The notes below the pieces were generated by a model. That model saw only the letters and a list, made by a program, of their open reading frames with translations, was not told the DNA's origin and did not search any database. This document shows positions 58,386-64,000 of a DNA stretch of 64,000 nt, piece by piece. The position numbers and the translations under genes were made by a program. The stretch's first letter is position 1. Each line of letters begins with the position of its first letter. The stretch comes from an uncultured delta proteobacterium (lineage in GTDB: Bacteria > Desulfobacterota > BSN033 > UBA1163): contig CAWHBU010000003.1 of assembly GCA_963827685.1 (NCBI GenBank), positions 800,001-864,000 on the forward strand. The letters are read 5' to 3'.

Positions 58386-59528
58386 CTATTTTTGAATCAC
58401 CATCTTCTTCACTTTTCTTACGATCTGCTTCACATCCTCTTCCTTCATCACCGAATGGAGTGGAAGGGTTAATTCTCTTCCGCTCACCTCTTCTGTTCTC
58501 GGAAGATCCCCTTTTTTGTAACCGGACTGGTTGCGATAAAGGGAAAAAAGATGGACCGGCGGATAATGAACGCTTGTCTGAATTCCAAAATCCTTCAGCC
58601 TCTCCATCACCCTATTTCTATTGATTCGCGGTGCCACCAGAATCGGGAAGAGATGATAAGAAGGATTGCCCCTAAATTTTGAAAAGGGAATAGAGATTTC
58701 ATCAACCTCTTGAAGTCCCTCTCGATAAATCTCAACCAGCCTTTTTCTCTTCCTATTATTTCGATCCAATTTTTTCAACTGGACCAATCCCAGAGCGGAT
58801 TGAATTTCTGTTGTTCGATAGTTATAACCGACTTCCTGGATATCATAAGATGAGAGGTGACCGCGGTACTTATCCCACGAAAGCGCCTCCATCCCGTGAG
58901 ACCTCATCCTTCGAACCTTGTCCGCCCATGCTTTATTCCGAGTCACCACCATCCCACCTTCGCCGGTCACCAAATTCTTATTCGAAAAAAAACTGAAACA
59001 GCCTATATCTCCGACCAACCCGCACTTTTTCCCCCGATATTCTGCGCCAGGTGCATGAGCTGCGTCCTCAATTACATAAAGACCATGCCTCTTGGCTATT
59101 CCCAGGATGGCCTTCATCTCACAGGGATAGCCTCCGTAATGCATCACCATAATAGCCTTTGTCTTTTCAGTAATCTTTTTTTCAATTTCTTCAGGAGAAA
59201 TGTTCAGATCTTCTTCGCTTGCAATATCGGCAAAGACAGGTTTTGCCCCGGCATAAAGTACGGCATTGGCTGTAGCAATGAAGGTAAGAGAGGGAAGAAT
59301 CACCTCATCTCCTTCCTTTATACCAAGGCTTGCCAAGGCTAAATGGAGGGCAGCTGTTCCATTCGCAACAGCAATCGCATATCCTCCGCCAAGATATTCC
59401 GAAAAGGCTTTTTCAAACTTTTCAGTCACGGGGCCTGTAGAAAGCCACCTCGAGCGCAGGACCCTGAGAACCTCTTGTTCTTCTTCTTTCCCAAGATCAA
59501 TATCAGAAAGGGGGTAACGCCATTTCAT
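58386..59528 (-). CDS. DegT/DnrJ/EryC1/StrS sugar aminotransferase
   Basis: NGTAALHLA, IEDAAHA and SFFSNKNLVTGEGG. Confidence 0.95.
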   Translation of the reverse strand: MKWRYPLSDIDLGKEEEQEVLRVLRSRWLSTGPVTEKFEKAFSEYLGGGYAIAVANGTAALHLALASLGIKEGDEVILPSLTFIATANAVLYAGAKPVFADIASEEDLNISPEEIEKKITEKTKAIMVMHYGGYPCEMKAILGIAKRHGLYVIEDAAHAPGAEYRGKKCGLVGDIGCFSFFSNKNLVTGEGGMVVTRNKAWADKVRRMRSHGMEALSWDKYRGHLSSYDIQEVGYNYRTTEIQSALGLVQLKKLDRNNRKRKRLVEIYREGLQEVDEISIPFSKFRGNPSYHLFPILVAPRINRNRVMERLKDFGIQTSVHYPPVHLFSLYRNQSGYKKGDLPRTEEVSGRELTLPLHSVMKEEDVKQIVRKVKKMVIQK

Positions 59529-59530
59529 CG

Positions 59531-60021
59531 TCGTGACTCGTGAATCGTGACTCGTGAATCGTGACTCGTGAATCGGATGAACGAATCACCAATCACCAGC
59601 ACGAATCACTTATTTCATATCATCGTTTCAAAGTCCTAATAAGGCCGGTCAACATCTTTGCTACACGACCATATCTTTCTTTTAATGACGCATAATCTTG
59701 TTCCGAAAGGTAGCCCAGGTCTCTTGACAAAAGCAGCTGATAGCTTATTTCAGCGGATGATCCCCTCGCAATTCCTACAAACTGTCGATATTCCTTTGTA
59801 CCCAACCGAGATGCTCCTTCCACTATATTTACAGGTATAGAATATGCAGACCTTCGTATTTGTGAAGAAAGGCCAAATTTTTCTTCAGAAGGGAATTTTT
59901 CAGTTATTTTATAAATATCGATTGTAAGAGAGTGAGATAACTTGAACACATCCATATCTTGTGCACAATTTATCATAAATTGCCTCCTTTGACGAATCAC
60001 GAATCACGAGTCACCAACACG
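59531..60021 (-). mobile_element. putative four-helix-bundle cassette 2 with GTGATTC heptamer arrays
   Basis: Sense strand: array 60021-59992, RBS, gene, same-sense array 59609-59581, inverted array 59575-59531. Confidence 0.75.
59620..59976 (-). CDS. four helix bundle protein (23S rRNA IVP/Avd-like), 118 aa
   Basis: FPSEEKFGLSSQIRRSA.SIP.NIVEG..R...KEY.QF..IARGS..E; AAGGAGG RBS. Confidence 0.95.
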   Translation of the reverse strand: MINCAQDMDVFKLSHSLTIDIYKITEKFPSEEKFGLSSQIRRSAYSIPVNIVEGASRLGTKEYRQFVGIARGSSAEISYQLLLSRDLGYLSEQDYASLKERYGRVAKMLTGLIRTLKR

Positions 60022-60023
60022 TA

Positions 60024-61004
60024 TTATAATGGATAACTCCCCACCTTAAATCGGGACAAATTCTTTCGATACCACTCAATGGTCTCTCTCAATCCCTCCT
60101 CAAGCGTATGTCGGGGTGCCCATTGAAAAAGTTTCTGAGCCAAATGGGTATCAGAAAGAAGTTGCATCACTTCACTCTTCTCAGGACGAATTCTACGATC
60201 CTCAACCTCAATCTCTCCTTGTCTCCCCATCAGACCAAGAATCTTCTTGACCAATTCTTCAATGGAGATGTCTATTCCACCTCCAATGTTGATCACTCTC
60301 CCCACCGCCCCTTCGCATTTCCCAACTTGAATAAAACCCCTCACCGTGTCTTTCACAAAAAGAAAATCCCGCCGAGGCTGAGTATTGCCCAAACGGATTT
60401 TTTTACCCTCAATGGCTTGTGAGATGATGGTGGGAATGATCGCCCGGAGGGATTGCCGAGGCCCAAACGTATTGAAGGGTCGAACCGTGGCAATGGGAAG
60501 ACCGAAGGAAAGATGGTAGCTCTCTGCCAACTTATCTGCTGCGATCTTACTGGCAGCATAGGGAGATTGAGCTTGGAGTGGATGTTTTTCATCAATGGGG
60601 ACATATTGGGCTGTCCCATAGACTTCACTCGTAGAGGTATGGATGAACCTTTCCACTGTGCCCTCTTCGAGACAGGCATTGAGGAGATGAGCCGTGCCAA
60701 GGACATTTGTCTGAATAAAATCGAATGGGTGAATATAAGAATAAGGAATAGCAATGAGGGCACCCAGATGAAAGACTTTATGACACTCCTTCACCACCTT
60801 TCTCACACCATCCGGATCCTTCAGATCCCCTGGAATTACTTCAATTTGATTTTGAATGTCTTTGGGCAACTCTTCCAAAAGGCCCCTTTCATCTCTCGAA
60901 TTGTATCGGACAAAGGCCCTGACATCTTCTCCCTGTCTGACCAACTCCTCAGTGAGATGGCTTCCGATAAATCCTCCCGCACCCGTTACTAGAATCTTTG
61001 CCAT
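60024..61004 (-). CDS. NDP-sugar 4,6-dehydratase (LegB/Gmd-like SDR)
   Basis: TGAGGFIG, LIAIPYSY, TSTSEVYG and YAASK. Confidence 0.92.
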   Translation of the reverse strand: MAKILVTGAGGFIGSHLTEELVRQGEDVRAFVRYNSRDERGLLEELPKDIQNQIEVIPGDLKDPDGVRKVVKECHKVFHLGALIAIPYSYIHPFDFIQTNVLGTAHLLNACLEEGTVERFIHTSTSEVYGTAQYVPIDEKHPLQAQSPYAASKIAADKLAESYHLSFGLPIATVRPFNTFGPRQSLRAIIPTIISQAIEGKKIRLGNTQPRRDFLFVKDTVRGFIQVGKCEGAVGRVINIGGGIDISIEELVKKILGLMGRQGEIEVEDRRIRPEKSEVMQLLSDTHLAQKLFQWAPRHTLEEGLRETIEWYRKNLSRFKVGSYPL

Positions 61005-61020
61005 AATAACCTCACATTTG

Positions 61021-61128
61021 TCGTGTTAGTGATTGGTGATTCGTGATTCGAAAAGATTTATAGTCCTTTAGCTATCATCTAGCTATCATCATCATTGACG
61101 ATTCACGAATCACGAGTCACGACTCACT
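61021..61128. repeat. gene-less inverted GTGATTC/GAATCAC array
   Basis: tcgtgtt agtgatt ggtgatt cgtgatt cg ... acgattc acgaatc acgagtc acgactc ac; the spacer has (TAGCTATCATC)x2. Confidence 0.9.
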
Positions 61129-61132
61129 GTTT

Positions 61133-61849
61133 TTATCCTTTTTCGTATAATAACTTTCCCTTCATTTCCTTAAATCTTTTCTGTGCTTCCTCATAGTCTT
61201 CATGCCTGCCAATGTCCAGCCAAAAATCGTTACTGGGATAACACACCACTTTGACCCTTTGTTTAATCAGTTTCTGGATCAATTCTGGAAAATCCAGATA
61301 TTTCTGCGATGGAATCCATTCTAAAACTTTTCTCTCAAAGGCATAGATCCCCATACTGACAGAGTAAGGGAGCGTTGGTTTTTCAATATATCGAGTCAGC
61401 TGATGGGTACGATCAAACTCCATGACTCCCAATTCCAATTGGACTTTCTTCTGACTCATGGCAATCGTGACCATCCCTCGATGTTGGCGATGGTATCTGA
61501 TCAACTTTTGATAATTGAGAGTGGTGAGGATGTCTCCGTTCATCATGAGAAAAGTCTCCGGAAGATTTGGGATGATTGAAAGAGGGCCAGCCGTTCCAAG
61601 GGGTCTCCCTTCCTTCGAATAACGAATGTCTACTCCGTATCGGCTCCCATTTCCAAAATAAGCTGAGAGGAGTGGTTCGGATTGTTGACTCACGGTGAAT
61701 ACCATCTCTTTAATCCGAAAATGGGCTAACTGCCTGACGATCACTTCAAGAATGGGCATTCCATCAATGGGCATTAAGGGTTTAGGGAATACGGTTGTAT
61801 AAGGGGCAAGCCTTGTCCCCTTCCCTCCAGCCAAGATAATCGCCTTCAT
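61133..61849 (-). CDS. sugar-phosphate nucleotidyltransferase
   Basis: ILAGGKGTRL.P.T...PKPL and WLDIG. Confidence 0.93.
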   Translation of the reverse strand: MKAIILAGGKGTRLAPYTTVFPKPLMPIDGMPILEVIVRQLAHFRIKEMVFTVSQQSEPLLSAYFGNGSRYGVDIRYSKEGRPLGTAGPLSIIPNLPETFLMMNGDILTTLNYQKLIRYHRQHRGMVTIAMSQKKVQLELGVMEFDRTHQLTRYIEKPTLPYSVSMGIYAFERKVLEWIPSQKYLDFPELIQKLIKQRVKVVCYPSNDFWLDIGRHEDYEEAQKRFKEMKGKLLYEKG

Positions 61850-61860
61850 GTCAGCTCCTT

Positions 61861-61967
61861 CTCGTGTTCGTGACGCGTGTCACGTGTCCGTTATCCGTGT
61901 TTCGTGTTGGTGATTCGTGATTGTGTTTCAAAATCTACGAATCACCAACACGATTCACCAATCACGT
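61861..61967. repeat. gene-less inverted GTGATTC/GAATCAC array
   Basis: Long degenerate CGTG arm then acgaatc accaac acgattc accaatc acg. Confidence 0.88.
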
Positions 61968-61974
61968 TATTTCC

Positions 61975-63129
61975 TCAATAATCTGCCAAAAATCTCTCCA
62001 CAGAAGTCTCCATATCGAATAATCTTTTCAATTCCTCCCTTTTGGCTTCATCCCTTCCTTTTTCACCATGATCCTTATATTCAACTCTCCTCCTCATGGC
62101 TTCCTTAAGGGCCGTAATATTTTCTGGAGGAATCACCCAGGCCACTCCATACTGGCGACCCAGCATTCCCATATCCCCCACATCGGTGACGATCAGTTCT
62201 TTATTAAACCTCAATGCTTCTGAAAACACCAGAGGGATTGATTCAGACCTGGAAGGGATCACCACACCATCGGACGATTCATAAAGGGAAGCCAATGTCT
62301 CATCCGGTACATTTCCCATCCATGAAACGTGTTCCTCAAGTGCTTTCTCTTTAATAAAATTCTTTGCCCAATCCTCCATCCCACCTTTCCCGACGACCGT
62401 GAGATGGACACTCAATGCTTCTTTCTTCAGGTATGCCATGGATTGAAGCAGCAGGTCGATCCCTTTCACCCTCTCAATTCTTCCCACAAACAGAAAACGG
62501 TAAGGGCCCTCTGGTTTTTTAAGTCTCTGTTGTTTCTCGGGCTTATCCGGCCCCATTTTTTCAATGGTTCGTGTGGTGGCCAAAAAAAAACACTTTCTCT
62601 CAAACCGTTCTTCTATTCTCTTCGAAAGATCAAAACCATCCGCAAAAACACCTCTGGCTTCCTGAATGATTCTCCTCATCATCGGATAAAGGAAGGGATT
62701 CTTACCGTATCGATAAATATCTGAGCCGAGGGACCAAATGGAATAAGGAATCTTCGCTTGCCGGAAGGCCTGATTAGCAAAATAACCACTTGGAAGAACC
62801 CACAGGGCGAGGCATGCCTCCATCTTACTTTCTCTTATAAAGGTACACAATTCTCTCTTTCCGTTATGAAACAGACTTAAAATTTTGAACAAATCGAGCG
62901 GGCTAAAAGGGTTAAGCTGGACAAGGGGCTTCCTCGATTTGATCCAGGGGAACCATTTGACTTCTACATCTTTTAAAAACTCTTCCTTTTCTCCTGTGCG
63001 ATCCTGGGTAAAGACAAAGACCTGATGTCCCCTTTTTTTTAATCCCTTAATAAAATCGATAAGAAAAGGAGCCTGAGCGATGTCATCAGGGCGGGATGGA
63101 AAGGAAGAGGTAATGATGCAGATATTCAT
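61975..63129 (-). CDS. glycosyltransferase family 4
   Basis: FVGRIERVKG, PSRSE..PLV..EA and TDVG. Confidence 0.92.
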   Translation of the reverse strand: MNICIITSSFPSRPDDIAQAPFLIDFIKGLKKRGHQVFVFTQDRTGEKEEFLKDVEVKWFPWIKSRKPLVQLNPFSPLDLFKILSLFHNGKRELCTFIRESKMEACLALWVLPSGYFANQAFRQAKIPYSIWSLGSDIYRYGKNPFLYPMMRRIIQEARGVFADGFDLSKRIEERFERKCFFLATTRTIEKMGPDKPEKQQRLKKPEGPYRFLFVGRIERVKGIDLLLQSMAYLKKEALSVHLTVVGKGGMEDWAKNFIKEKALEEHVSWMGNVPDETLASLYESSDGVVIPSRSESIPLVFSEALRFNKELIVTDVGDMGMLGRQYGVAWVIPPENITALKEAMRRRVEYKDHGEKGRDEAKREELKRLFDMETSVERFLADY

Positions 63130-63130
63130 G

Positions 63131-63166
63131 GATTCGTGTTAGTGATTCGTGTCAGTGATTCGTGAT
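63131..63166. repeat. single-arm GTGATTC array
   Basis: gattc gtgtta gtgattc gtgtca gtgattc gtgat. Confidence 0.8.
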
Positions 63167-63181
63167 GATGGTTCGTTAACA

Positions 63182-64000
63182 CTATTTCAGCTCCTTATTA
63201 TATTCCATATCGAACCACATGGCGAAAAAGAGGGACTGAAGACCTGATATCGCAAAGAAGGCTGCGAACAGAGCGCTCGTGGCTGCCACAGGTCCAGTAA
63301 AAAGTCTATAAATAAGAAGATAGCAGCCAAAAACAAAACCAATGGGGGTGAGGATGAAACCCAACAAGTAAAAAAGAACCAGCGGATGAAAATCTCGAAT
63401 AATGTATTTCTCTTTGAGCCGCCATAAAAAGAGTTTCAGAAGAAGAAAAGACAGGGTAAAAATGACCCTTGAGATTTTGATGCCGGAACGTTCCCCAATC
63501 CCATAGACGGGGTTGACGGACACATCCCTGACTCTGAAATGATAGACATTCAATCTCACTAAAAAATCGTTAGGCATTCCATAACGTCTGTAAACGCTAT
63601 CGAGATCGATGGTTTTAAGCACCTCCGAGTTAACGGCTCCATAGCCTGATTGGGAATCCGCGACATGCCAATATCCGGAAGCGATCTTTGTTAAAAAAGA
63701 AAGAACGGCATTTCCCAGATAACGGGTTTTGGGAATAACTTTCCAGGCCTTACCCGTAAAGAGACGGTTCCCTTTGGAATAGTCCACTTCCCCATCGACT
63801 ACGGGGTCCAATAAATTGGGAAGGTCTCTCGGGTCCATCTGCGCATCACCTGCCATGACCGCGCTGATGGAAATTCCATTGTCTCGGGCCCATTTATAGC
63901 CGGTGACGACGGCCCCGCCGACCCCCTCATTTCTTGGATGACGCAAATAGATGATCCGGGAATCTTCCTCCTGATGGGCTTTCACGACCTCCCCTGTCCG
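63182..64000 (-). CDS. glycosyltransferase family 2, 5'-partial
   Basis: N.GVGGA...GY, MAGDAQMDP, KGNR and DSQSGY; frame runs to the window edge. Confidence 0.92.
   Translation of the reverse strand, partial: RTGEVVKAHQEEDSRIIYLRHPRNEGVGGAVVTGYKWARDNGISISAVMAGDAQMDPRDLPNLLDPVVDGEVDYSKGNRLFTGKAWKVIPKTRYLGNAVLSFLTKIASGYWHVADSQSGYGAVNSEVLKTIDLDSVYRRYGMPNDFLVRLNVYHFRVRDVSVNPVYGIGERSGIKISRVIFTLSFLLLKLFLWRLKEKYIIRDFHPLVLFYLLGFILTPIGFVFGCYLLIYRLFTGPVAATSALFAAFFAISGLQSLFFAMWFDMEYNKELK

Noticed and set aside
46830-59976. Four-helix-bundle genes as Avd of a diversity-generating retroelement or as 23S rRNA IVS proteins
   Set aside because: No reverse transcriptase, no TR/VR pair and no rRNA gene is visible in the window.
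39503-63166. GTGATTC repeat clusters as a CRISPR array
   Set aside because: Units are 7 nt, tandem and inverted, with no unique spacers and no cas genes.

Overview
This window is bacterial chromosome, most likely an uncultured Desulfobacterota/Deltaproteobacterium (it encodes a PxxKW cysteine-rich protein). It holds housekeeping genes (PPi-type pfk, tRNA-Thr(CGT), proS, pyrF, rlmB, argJ, secA, pmbA, fabH, alr, thiF, recN, nadK), a ceramide-synthesis-like operon (cerR-spt-bcerS) facing an AUR1/PAP2-type gene, and a surface-glycosylation cluster at 49-64 kb. Accessory DNA includes a decayed integrase-less integron cassette array (0.8-5.4 kb), two IS630 elements, one IS1202-family element with a 16-bp target duplication, a probable defence island (PHP-ATPase plus DUF2130), and several MITE/REP-like families. 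The most striking feature is a system of degenerate 6-9 nt (mostly 7 nt) tandem-repeat arrays at many gene junctions. Two 118-aa four-helix-bundle (Avd/23S-IVP-like) genes share the layout [array>]-gene-[array>][<array], each with its own repeat unit. Gene-less [array>][<array] hairpins of the same and other units occur at many other operon junctions, where they often supply stop codons, abut start codons or enter coding sequence. All product calls come from motif recognition by eye; no database search was run.
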